From the NCBI GenBank assembly GCA_951406725.2, contig OX597842.1, forward strand, positions 29,698,001 to 29,762,000: 64,000 nt of DNA. Direction: 5' to 3'. Both the position numbers and the translations under genes were made by a program. The DNA comes from Octopus vulgaris. Lineage: Eukaryota. The notes under the pieces are model-generated. The model was given only the letters and a program-made list of their open reading frames with translations. It was not told the origin of the DNA and did no database searches. How positions within the stretch are numbered: position 1 is the first letter of the stretch; every line of letters begins with the position of its first letter. This document shows positions 1 to 11,001 of the stretch, piece after piece.

Positions 1-215
1 AGACTAACATGTTGTCTCCGTAGCTAGCAAGGGTATCCAGGCAGCTGAGAGCATATCTGAGAGGGCCACTATGAAAATCGGTGGCTGGCCCTAAGACAGT
101 GCCCTGTGGAACACCACTCACTATTTGTGGTTCCGTTGAAGTGGTACCACTGGCTACCACTGCCTGACTTCTGTCTTTCAGAAAGCCATGTAACCATTCT
201 CCAAGGTTTCCAGCT
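1..215 (-). pseudogene. Non-LTR retrotransposon (CR1/L2/Jockey-group) reverse transcriptase fragment
   Basis: Minus strand reads GNLGEWLHGFLKDRSQAVVASG...IVSGVPQGTVLGP (RT GVPQGSVLGP motif), then is frameshifted; it runs off the window start. Confidence 0.75.
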
Positions 216-815
216 GAACAAATAATTTTTTGAGTTTCCTGTTCATCCTGATGTGGGGGTCATTGTCGAGATGTGCCTTAACTCGTAATCGAATCGCAGC
301 AATGAACTCCTAAAATGGCCATAGGTGTGTTTGACTTGATTTTGTGGAACTCTTTTTGATCCTGGACGCTAACCTACCATGGTTTTTATGAACTGAACTT
401 TTTTGATGTACTCTTTTGTTTGAGGGGAGTAAGAAAAATTTTTTTTAGTTGATTGATATTTTCTTTTATTTTATTTGGATTTTTAGTAGCATGACACGAT
501 TTAGAATTTTGGGTTGATTGTATATACCTTCTTGATAGGCCGTTCTATATACCTGCATTTTTTTCGCATATATATTTTTTACCTTTGATGTTTTTTTATA
601 TATGTATGCTTTATATGTTTAAGCACCATGGTAATATTTATATATGATCAAATGTTTGGAGGTACGGTGTTATATATAAAGTCATGGACTCGAATTTGAC
701 GTTTGTTTTATGATCAATGTTTCTTTATCTCTGTCTCAATTACATTTGAGCACTTCTTTTTTGTAGTCTTATAAACCCTTTGTTTCCATAAAAAGGAGAC
801 AGAAATTATTTCTTG

Positions 816-861
<46 letters not shown>

Positions 862-914
862 ATTGGTGAATTGAAGAAATGGAGCTGAACGCAGATTGAA
901 CAGAAATCGTTTTA

Positions 915-1004
915 TTTCATTCTACACGTGTTTCAAAAGGCACAAATTACCAAAATCCGATTGAATAATGGGACCATATTGTGTCTTTCTCTTCAGGAAG
1001 AAAA
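915..1004 (-). ncRNA. Type-I hammerhead ribozyme motif
   Basis: Minus strand: ttttcttc-CTGAAGA-gaaagacacaa...ttgtgcctttt-GAAA-cacgtg-TA-gaatgaaa. Stems I and II pair and stem III is palindromic. Confidence 0.7.
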
Positions 1005-1883
1005 TAGGAAATCCGTTGGAAAAACAAAAACAGAACAGAGGCGGAGCAAAAACAAATCGAACTATGCTCCTAAGAGCCCATGGCGAAACTGTTTATCAGT
1101 GTATGTTGAGAACCGGTGGCTGAAGAATTTAACGGGTCAGGCATCGGTCAATCATGTGGGTGAGGGTGTGTGGGTGTTCTTTGTGACCGAGAATAAAGTT
1201 CTGACTATTTAAGGAATATTGGATGTTTTATAAGGGGCGAGAAAAATCTACTTAGAGACGTGTGTGTGTGTATACTGTTCTATATATGTGTGTGTTGGCG
1301 TAGGGGTAGAAAACATTTTTTGTGTACGTGTGTGCGTTTGATCGTTCGGCTGTCAGTGGCTACTGCCGCGAGAACCGTTGGGTGGCAGAAAAAAATATAT
1401 ATATATTATGTTTTATGTGTGTGTGTGTTCATCTAAGCCTGCCTTGTCAAGGAAACCCCCCGCTGTGAAAAAACCAAGCCCCGTTTGTCTTACAGGAGTA
1501 ATTCCCCTGGAGTAAATCGCGGCAGTAGCCACTGACAGCCGAACGATCAAACGCACACACGTACACAAAAAATGTTTTCTACCCCTACGCCAACACACAC
1601 ATATATAGAACAGTATACACACACACACGTCTCTAAGTAGATTTTTCTCGCCCCTTATAAAACATCCAATATTCCTTAAATAGTCAGAACTTTATTCTCG
1701 GTCACAAAGAACACCCACACACCCTCACCCACATGATTGACCGATGCCTGACCCGTTAAATTCTTCAGCCACCGGTTCTCAACATACACTGATAAACAGT
1801 TTCGCCATGGGCTCTTAGGAGCATAGTTCGATTTGTTTTTGCTCCGCCTCTGTTCTGTTTTTGTTTTTCCAACGGATTTCCTA

Positions 1884-1972
1884 TTTTCTTCCTGAAGAGA
1901 AAGACACAATATGGTCCCATTATTCAATCGGATTTTGGTAATTTGTGCCTTTGAAACACGTGTAGAATGAAA
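1884..1972 (+). ncRNA. Type-I hammerhead ribozyme motif (inverted copy)
   Basis: CTGAAGA at 1892-1898, GAAA at 1953-1956, then cacgtg and a GTA site; stem I ttc/gaa. Confidence 0.65.
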
Positions 1973-2180
1973 TAAAACGATTTCTGTTCAATCTGCGTTC
2001 AGCTCCATTTCTTCAATTCACCAATAATGTTTTAATTTCAATTATCCGCACCAACGCACGGTTGCAACACCATATGGTTGTACCTCCAACCGTGCTGTTT
2101 ACTGCTGTGATTTTTGCTACTAAGGTATCGGTTAAACTTTTGATTAATCTACTACAAGATTATTCATCTTTCTATTTCAC

Positions 2181-2183
<3 letters not shown>

Positions 2184-2267
<84 letters not shown>
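2184..2267. repeat. (TA)n microsatellite, one of dozens (others e.g. 819-853, 9100-9160, 53395-53470, 53853-54047)
   Basis: Direct inspection. Confidence 0.98.
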
Positions 2268-2269
<2 letters not shown>

Positions 2270-3655
2270 GGGTGGAGTCTAGCTTGAACCTGCCTGAGAT
2301 TTGAAACCAGATCTACTGGCTTGTTGCTTGTCGAAACAAGAGGGAAATCTTCCACCTAGATGATTGATGAGGAAGCACTCCACACCCTAGGACCTGTATT
2401 GGTCAAGGAAAGGTCAGTCCTTTGTTTAAGGTTTGATCTACATTACTGACTATAGCCTTTATAACAAAGAGAATCTATCTCTTCGTTTGATGTATCAACT
2501 GTGACCAAGGAGCAACAAGGGCTCTTAGGGTTAGGGTTAGGGTTAGGGTTACGTGTCAGCCAGGCTTTTGCATCAGCCTTAACCAAGAGCAGCACTTCCC
2601 TTCGCTCAACATGCAAAGAGAGGCTTTCGGCCGCGAGAAAGGCGATGCCACCTTTATCTTTTCTTCCTTTCTAGTCAGCACCATGACTACCTTACTCTTT
2701 CCCTCTCTACAGACAGACAACCTTTTTCTACGTATGAACTACTAACTAGCGAGTCATCCTTGTTGTCACTATCACTAGAATTGCTACTGTCTCTGTAACA
2801 ACCTGTTGGGCAAACGAATAGATATATGTAAATAACATTTCTTCCTTCTTGGACTTAAATCTTCGATGTTCAGTGGTTACTCCGATGTGAGAACCTTGAA
2901 GTGTTAAATCTATACGCTACATTTAGTTGTGGGTTACCTCATATCGATTGGTATGGCACATCACATCTAGCCTACTACATTTGGTGACCCCGTCGAAGAA
3001 TCACAGCCTTCACATCACCCGGCAATGAATTGGAACTGGAAAACCCCTGCGATTAATCGGCACATAATGTCTCTCTCTGAACGCAGCCCAGCAGCGTACA
3101 CATCCACTGTCGAAATGGCATTCCAGATGGCAATTACATTGAGGATTCCCCCATTTTGGACGCACGACCCTGCATTATGGTTTCACCATATAGAGGCCCA
3201 ATTTTCATCCAACCGAATAGTGATCAATGTGTCTCGACTTACGCATGTGATCAATTCCCTTTCACCAGAGATCATGAATGTGTTCCGTGATCTCATTATG
3301 GCACCACCTGGTTCTGTGTCATATGACACTTTCAAAACCACCCTAATCAAAAGAACTTCAGAGACCCAACAAAAGCGACTCCACCAGCTCCTTACATCGG
3401 AAGAATTGGGTGACAGAACACCTTCCCAGCTTCTACGATGAATAAAGCTGCATCTTGGAGATGAGATCCTCCCTGAAAAGATTTTTAAGTAGCTTTTTCT
3501 CTTGCGTCTGCTTTCCAACACATAGGTGGTCCTCTCTTCCACATGAGAATCCACTACCATTGAGGAACTGGCGGAGCTAGCTGACAAAATAGCCGAGGTT
3601 CCACATAGATATTCAACAGTATCAACGGTGACACCAGCCATCCTCACTATAATTC
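2268..3655 (+). mobile_element. Decayed Ty3/Gypsy 5' end: probable LTR, tRNA-Trp-like PBS and gag pseudogene
   Basis: ...ctactaCA at 2979 is followed by TGGTGACCCCG (2982-2992). Gag-like LRIPPFWTHDPALWFHHIEAQF...LGDRTPSQLLR*...EELAELADKIAEV carries in-frame stops and is cut off by a SINE at about 3658. Confidence 0.75.
2525..2551 (+). repeat. Interstitial telomeric repeat (TTAGGG)4.5
   Basis: ttagggttagggttagggttagggtta. Confidence 0.9.
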
Positions 3656-3801
3656 TTAGGAGTGGCTGTGTGGTAAGTAGCTTGCTTACCAACCACATGG
3701 TTCCGGGTTCAGTCCCACTGCGTGGCATCTTGGGCAAGTGTCTTCTACTATATATATATAAGTAAATACAATGTCTTGTTGTTGAGATAGGTTCTCTTTC
3801 T

Positions 3802-3883
3802 TTCCTGATGAGAAGATTGCATTATTTTACACCGTTTATTCCTTTGGAATAAAACCAATGTTGTCTTCGAAACATATGTCGAA
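3802..3883 (+). ncRNA. Type-I hammerhead ribozyme motif (canonical core)
   Basis: ttc-CTGATGA(3805-3811)-gaagattgcatt...aatgttgtcttc-GAAA(3869-3872)-catatg-TC-gaa. Stem II closes with G-C and the cleavage triplet is GTC. Confidence 0.8.
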
Positions 3884-4199
3884 TATAAAAGAATTCGAAT
3901 AACATCTGCATTCAACTCCATTTACACAAATTACTGCACATTAACCCGGAGTTTCTACCTTTGAATAGTTCGCTACATCCTTGTTACTTGCGTGAATTTT
4001 GCTACCCTGGTAACCGTTTATTGAATTTTCCATGTTAACGGTAAACAAAGAATAATTCATTCATCCATTTATATATATATACATATATATATATGTGTGT
4101 GTTTGTATGTTATGTATCTATATTGTATATATGTATATACATATAATATATGTATAAAAGATGTATTATATGTGTGTGTATAATATATATATATGTATA

Positions 4200-4247
<48 letters not shown>

Positions 4248-4722
4248 ACAATGCGTGTGTGATAGGATGTGCTCCATGCATGACACTGTTCCATCCAAAT
4301 TTTGACACGAGGTTAATCAGTTTAAATTCCTTCCATTTTGAATTCAAACTGGATCCTGTACAATCAGCGGAGGGCTGTAATAATATAAAAAGCACATCAT
4401 TAATGAGAGAAACAAGCAGGGGCTTCAACCTGGCCCTCCTTCATTTCATGTTACACCTGTTTCAGTATTTGGTAACACATCGTTGTGTCACACAATATCT
4501 GCAATTGGTAGATGCACCGCATAAGGGCAGCATGTATAAGGAAATACATGCAGTAACCAAAACGAAATACTTGAGAGGTACATGGCTTGAAGGGAAGGGA
4601 GATCAGGAGAAGGTAGAGTAGGAACACGACCCCCAGAAACACAATTGTGGACTAGTGTTGATGAGAATGGGGGCTAAGCATTGACCAGAGTTTGGGGATA
4701 TAGGCTGTGCTTACATGCCCCC

Positions 4723-5199
4723 TTAACCCTTTCGTTACTGTATTTATTTTGAGATGCTCTGTGTTTCTTTCAATTATTTTAAATGTAACAAAGAATTTAG
4801 TAAAATAACTCAGTTATCATGAAGCTAGTGTTAGGAACATAAGTTGTGACTAAGGTTTGATGGAAGATTTTAATTCAAAACTTATGAAAACAAGACATTT
4901 GTACTACAGAGCCAGAGCCGGTTTCAGCTGGGTTGGTATCAAAAGGGTTAAGAATTGTTTCTCTATTATATATTTTAAAGCCTTTTGTTACCATATTCTG
5001 TAGAGATGGTCTGTGTTTCTTTCAATTATTTTAAATATAACAAAGAATTTAGTAAAATAACTTAGTTATCATTAAGCTAGTGTTAGGAACAAATTGTGAC
5101 TAAGGTTTCGTGGAAGATTTTAATTCAAAACTTATGAAATCAAGACATTTTACCACAGAGCAGATCCGGTTTCAACCGGGTTAGTATCAAAAGGGTTAA
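4723..5199. mobile_element. Two tandem ~220-bp TTAA-flanked MITEs (piggyBac-like)
   Basis: TTAA-CCCTTT...AAAGGG-TTAA at 4723-4951; a similar copy at about 4975-5199. Confidence 0.7.
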
Positions 5200-5691
5200 G
5201 AGAGGGGAGACAGGCGGGTAAGTAGATAACATATCAGGTGACCAGTAAGAGATTCTGAGTGCAATAATCAAGCACCACTGGGGTTTGTGGTAGCACCATT
5301 GATAGATGCGTCCAACTACATACAAACCTGCGGATACGCATTAACACATTAATATGCTTGCTTCCCCAGCCACACATGCACAGAGAGTTGGTGGGTTGGT
5401 GGGGGCGGGGACTGAGTAGGAGGATTCCTTGAGCAAGAACCTTTATTTCACGTTGGTCCAGTCTACTCAGTGAAAATGAGTTGTGCCTGTATTTCAAAGG
5501 GTCAGCCTTGTCACACTCTGTGTCATGCTGAATCTCCCTGAGAACTACATTAGGGGTACACGCGTCTGTGGTGTACTCAGCCATTTGCATGTTAATTTCA
5601 CAAATGAGCTGTTCCGTCTTCTTTAAATTGCTCTTTACTTCATTTTATAAGTTTTTAAAAACCATCTTACTTTCCTTTTTATTCAAAAGAC

Positions 5692-5775
5692 ATGGATGTA
5701 AATAAGATTATAAGCAACATTCTGGGTGGGGACTTTGAAGATGTCAAACAACACATCAGAGAAAATCCTGAAACA
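5692..5775 (+). CDS. Exon 1: [28 protein letters not shown] (N-cap ankyrin-like)
   Basis: Polypyrimidine tract and AG at 5688-5689, ATG at 5692, GTAAGT donor at 5776; joins exon 2 in phase 0. Confidence 0.7.
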
Positions 5776-8700
5776 GTAAGTTCACTTTATATTGCTTCTT
5801 CAATGTTAAATGTTTGTTTATTATTTTATACACAATATTAAATGTTCCTAAATAACCAGATATATTTGTCCATAATATTTCATTTCTTTCTTTACCTCTT
5901 TCCTCTAATCCTCATCATTGTCACTTTTTATAAATATTCAACCAGACAATGAGGTATGCCAGAATTGATGGAATGTGAGTGAGAGAGAAACCCATCCTCA
6001 CACACTGCAATGGAGTATTCTGGCAGGAAATATTCAGTCCAAGAGATGGGGGACAGATGGATCCTATAGATAAATGGTGACTTTGTCAAGAAATTCTCTT
6101 GCCATACACAGTTGAAGGTTTTACCGATGTCAAGGGCTACACTATTTCTTTTGCAGAAGTTGTCAAACATAACCAAAACATAGGAATCAGACCCCTGCTT
6201 GAAACGGCTTTATGGAACTGTTCTGGGGCTCATTGAATAGAGAAAGATACCCAAAGGGACAAAGATGATGGTTGTTTATGACTTTTTACTTCATAATTGA
6301 AATATTGGAAGTTAGAATGACTGGCTGGTAGTCAGCAGATAGGACACTATCAGCAAGAATTATAAAACAGGGCTTCTCTAAGAGAGTAATGCTACCCTTG
6401 GGTAGGGATTGCGAAGAATTTTATAAGGACCAGAGAGCCAAGGTGGTACAAATATATGAAACTCAATGTGTAGTTGAGTTTGGATCAGAGAACCATCATG
6501 GTTAGGGAGTGGTGGGTGGAATGATTCTGTAAAATCTATAGAGATACTCTTGGTAAGAGACCAGAAAATGAGGCTTTAATTTGGAAGGGAAGACAGCTGA
6601 CAAATGGTGAAATGCAGAAAAAACATCCTTTATTTTCTTGATGACCATCATACATGTATTTCAATGGTGGGTGAATGTCTGCCAGTTAGTGAGGGTAGGT
6701 GTTTTCCTCAAGGAGAAGTCGATAGTGTTGTTTGTACAGCTGTAATACAGTTGTGTATGAACCACTCACACCTTCTTAAATATTGTATGGCTACAAACTA
6801 ATGTAAGCCCTGATACTGCTGCCGCATTTAGGCTCAAAATTCTGATCACTACTTTCATAATATTTCTTATTTTCTCCATTGTTTCTTTTCATTTGTGTCT
6901 ACTTTTCCATAGCTGCTCATATTTAGTTGTGATTGGTGTCGTTCCAAAGATGTCACAGATGTCTAATTACAAGTAATTACTTTGTAATAGATTCAGTGAC
7001 TAACATAAATAGATTTTCAATCTTTTCCTTGAGCTTATGCATGAACTAAACAGTCTTTCTAAGCCTTTTCAACCTTGATTTACCTGTGCTCTACACCTTT
7101 CTTGTAGATTTGCTTTCATTCTTTTCCAAGTAGATCCCACGTTGCTGTTTCACCAGACATATGACATCTGAAGATCCATGCTTCATTTCAAACATCCTGT
7201 TCTTCTCTCACCATTTCTTAAATCTCCTTCATCATTATAGCATTAAATAAAAGTGCTACTATGCCAGACATCAGTGATAACACAGTGTAGAATTTCATGA
7301 GCTTTACCAGGGAATACCAAACTAAAATCTCTCTCCTTTGATATATTTTATATATCTTCTCTTTCTTCTCTTCAGGTCAACCAAATAGATTCTGACAGTC
7401 AAACTTTCTTAATGGCAGCTTGTGAACAGGGCAGCACAAGTCTAATAGCCTTCTTGATAGAATCTGGAGCCAATATGGACATGAGTGACAAAGCAGGTCT
7501 GACCGCATTACATTATGCTGTGATTAGGTAAGGCTTGAATTAACTAAAATCTTCAGATCTGCTTTTGTTTTGAAATATTTTGCAATTCCAGACTATTTGA
7601 ATATCCAAAGATACCATAATAGTGGCAGTGTAACACGATAACAGCATGATAGTAGTAACCAAATAACATCTTTTTCTCATTTTCTCCATGAATCCTCTTC
7701 ATTGAATCACCAAAATCTTTTTCGTTATTTGTTGTCAAAACAGAATATTTTTGTTTTGGAGATATTCTTTGAGATCCAACAGTTCTTAAGATTGACCCAA
7801 TGTGATTCAGTGTCTTCTCTTCATATTGATTATGGAGAGATCGATCAATTTTTCTCCAAAGAAAATGTTATTTGAGATCTAAAGCAACAAGAAAGATTCT
7901 CAAGCTTGTTTTTGCAGTAAATAATCTGTAAATTTCTTACAGAAATTATTTCTCACCTCCATCAGCAACTCAACACATTTTGAGATCTATTATATTTTGA
8001 ATTGTGCTTTATAAGGTCATCTCTGGACAATAAAACATGTTTTGAAGTTCTTGTTAGTTTCTATAGCTTCTGCAGTCACAAATTGTTCCAGAATTTTGCA
8101 CAAACACACACACACCATCATCGTCATCGAATGTTCCTTTTCCATGCTGGCATGGGTAGGAGGGTTTGATAGGAACAGACAAGTCAGAAGACCACACCAA
8201 ACACTACTGTCTGCTTAGGTTTGGTTTCTATGGCTGGACGACCTTCCTAACACCAACCACTTTGCAGAGTGTACTGGATGCCTTTTACATGCCATCAGAA
8301 CCAGTGAGGTCACCAATTAATTGCGAGACAAAGACCGCTCGACTGGTTGAGGTGGTGGGGTGGGGGAGCTAATATTGCTGGAGAGAAAGGTGTCTTGCAT
8401 TAGAAGAGGGACATGGCTCCTTCAGATGGAGAAGACAGAGGAGGGAAACACTAGGTTAATATCTTGTGTTTGGCCCAAGCAAAGAAAAAAGGAAAAAATA
8501 GTGCAATAGGTGTGAAACAACATGTAGTAAACGAATACTCTTACTCTTTTACTTGTTTCAGTCATTTGACTGCGGCCATGCTGGAGCACCGCCTTTAATC
8601 GAGCAACTCGACCCCGGGACTTATTCTTCGTAAGCCCAGTACTTATTCTATCAGTCTCTTTTGCTGAACCACTAAGTGACAGGGACATAAACACACCAGC

Positions 8701-9090
8701 ATCGGTTGTCAAGCAATGCTAGGGGGACACAGACACACAAACACACACGCACACATATATATATATACATATATACGACGAGCTTCTTTCAGTTTCCGTC
8801 TACCAAATCCACTCATAAGGCTTTGGTCGGCCTGAGGTTATAGTAGAAGACACTTGCCCAAGGTGCCACGCAGTGGGACTGAACCTGGAACCATGTGGCT
8901 GGTAAGCAAGCTACTTATCAAACAGCCACTCCTGCGCCTATGGAAAAAAAAAATATGGCGAACGGGAGGTGGGGAGACGACTCGGAAATTCAAATCTCAC
9001 CACTTCCCCATTCGTCGGCGATCCTATGACCGCGAGTCCACTGCCCTAACCACTGGGCCATTGCGCCTCCACTCTATATCTATATATATC

Positions 9091-9169
<79 letters not shown>

Positions 9170-9502
9170 TATTTAAAATAATAATAATAATAATAATAAA
9201 TATTAGGGAATAAATCCAAATTTACAGGGAAAAATCAGACTTAGGATTGAATCCAATTTTATAGTAAAATATTATATTATATTAAATTAGAGACAAAACC
9301 ACTATTAGGCAAATCAAAAACAAAGACTTAAGCCAATACATAAAATAATTTATATAAATTAAAATTTAACAATTATAATAATAATAATAATAATAATAAT
9401 TATTATTATTATTATTTAATTGTTAAATTTTAATTTATATAAATTATTTTATGTATTGGCTTAAGTCTTTGTTTGATTTTCATAATAGTGGATTTATCTC
9501 TA

Positions 9503-9562
<60 letters not shown>

Positions 9563-10098
9563 ATATATGATAAATAAGGGTGTGTTTATATATTCATTTA
9601 TGTGTGTTATATGACCGCCATACTTCCTTGTTGGTCACTGTTTCTTTTGGCGGTAAAAATACGTCTCGTTGCCCTTAACGACAAACTTTCTCTTGCATAG
9701 TCTGTTGCTATGACAACATTACATTTGCAGACGTAGTTTTCCCGCCAATTACGACGTGCTGTTGTTGTTGTTGTTTTTTTTAGATTGATGAGAAATCTGC
9801 TATCAATTAGTTTGTCTATAATTTTCAGACATTCCATCTTTCGCAAAAGGATTACAATACATTTTTCAATGTATACCAAATATATAGATACTAACAACGG
9901 TACTTAATCCTTGTTTTGTATTGTACACTCGCTGGGATAAAAATATTTATACTTTATACCCTCACCTATTAATATGTGTATACACACACACGTACACATT
10001 TGTTTACTGTGTATTAACGATTATACGTATTTCAGTGGCTCATATTTCTGTCTGTCTGTCTCTCTATATACATACATATATATATACATATACATATA

Positions 10099-10137
<39 letters not shown>

Positions 10138-10227
10138 TCACATATACACCTATATAATATTATTGACTTTGACATTTCAACTAGCGATATATACATACAT
10201 ATATGTATATATGTGGGTGTATATGTA

Positions 10228-10271
<44 letters not shown>

Positions 10272-10962
10272 CATACTTACACAACTGGGACCCCCGACGA
10301 ATTTGTTTTCCTTATTTCTATGACAAAAATGCTTCAGATGATGAAGATTCCAATTATATTGGAATTTGTTTTGAAAACAAATTTTCAAACGTTGAGAAGT
10401 TGACTTAAATCCTTATAGAAACTTTCAGAAAAATGGATATTTTGTTTGTGTAAAAATTTCTACAAATCCCTTTCAAATGGATTAGATTAGGATTATATCG
10501 GAATTTAACATGAAAAAACGTTAAATATTTGGTGGATACACACACATATATACTGACACACATCACGGTTATTTTTCCAAAGTTCATCTTTTCAGTTTCT
10601 GATGTGTATCAGTGTATATCTCTGCGAATCCACCAAGTTTTTAAATTTTTCTTCATATTAAATTCCGATATAAGTGGAATCTTCACCATCTGAAACGGTT
10701 TTATTGAAAATTTCATTAGAAAATATTTATTTTTTTGGAAAGAAAGCCGACTCGGGCGAACTTTCCCAAATTTCTCTCTGCACCCACTAAAAATTTTTTC
10801 TCACAATAAATTCCAATATAATTGGAATCTTCGCCTTCTGAAGCATATTTTTGAAATAAATTTCATTAAAAAATATCCATTTTTCCTAGAAGTTACAGGG
10901 AAAGAAATTCGTCGGGGGAGCACACTTGTGTAGTTATGTCTATACAGGCATGCACGCACACA

Positions 10963-11001
<39 letters not shown>

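Larger units (their letters stand above)
853..2034. repeat. Near-perfect 519-bp inverted duplication (853-1371 / 1517-2034), Penelope-like terminal-repeat arrangement
   Basis: The arms are reverse complements with about one indel, around a 145-bp spacer. The mirrored spurious ORFs 928+ and 1676- confirm the duplication. It lies between (TA)n tracts and each arm has a hammerhead motif. Confidence 0.9.

Noticed and set aside
241-308. Possible hammerhead remnant gttcat-c-CTGATGT...GAATC-gca-GCA-atgaac
   Set aside because: Stem I pairs, but three core positions deviate and stem II is poor; at most a dead relic.
928-1927. Mirror ORFs 928+ and 1676-
   Set aside because: By-products of the inverted duplication; no protein motif.
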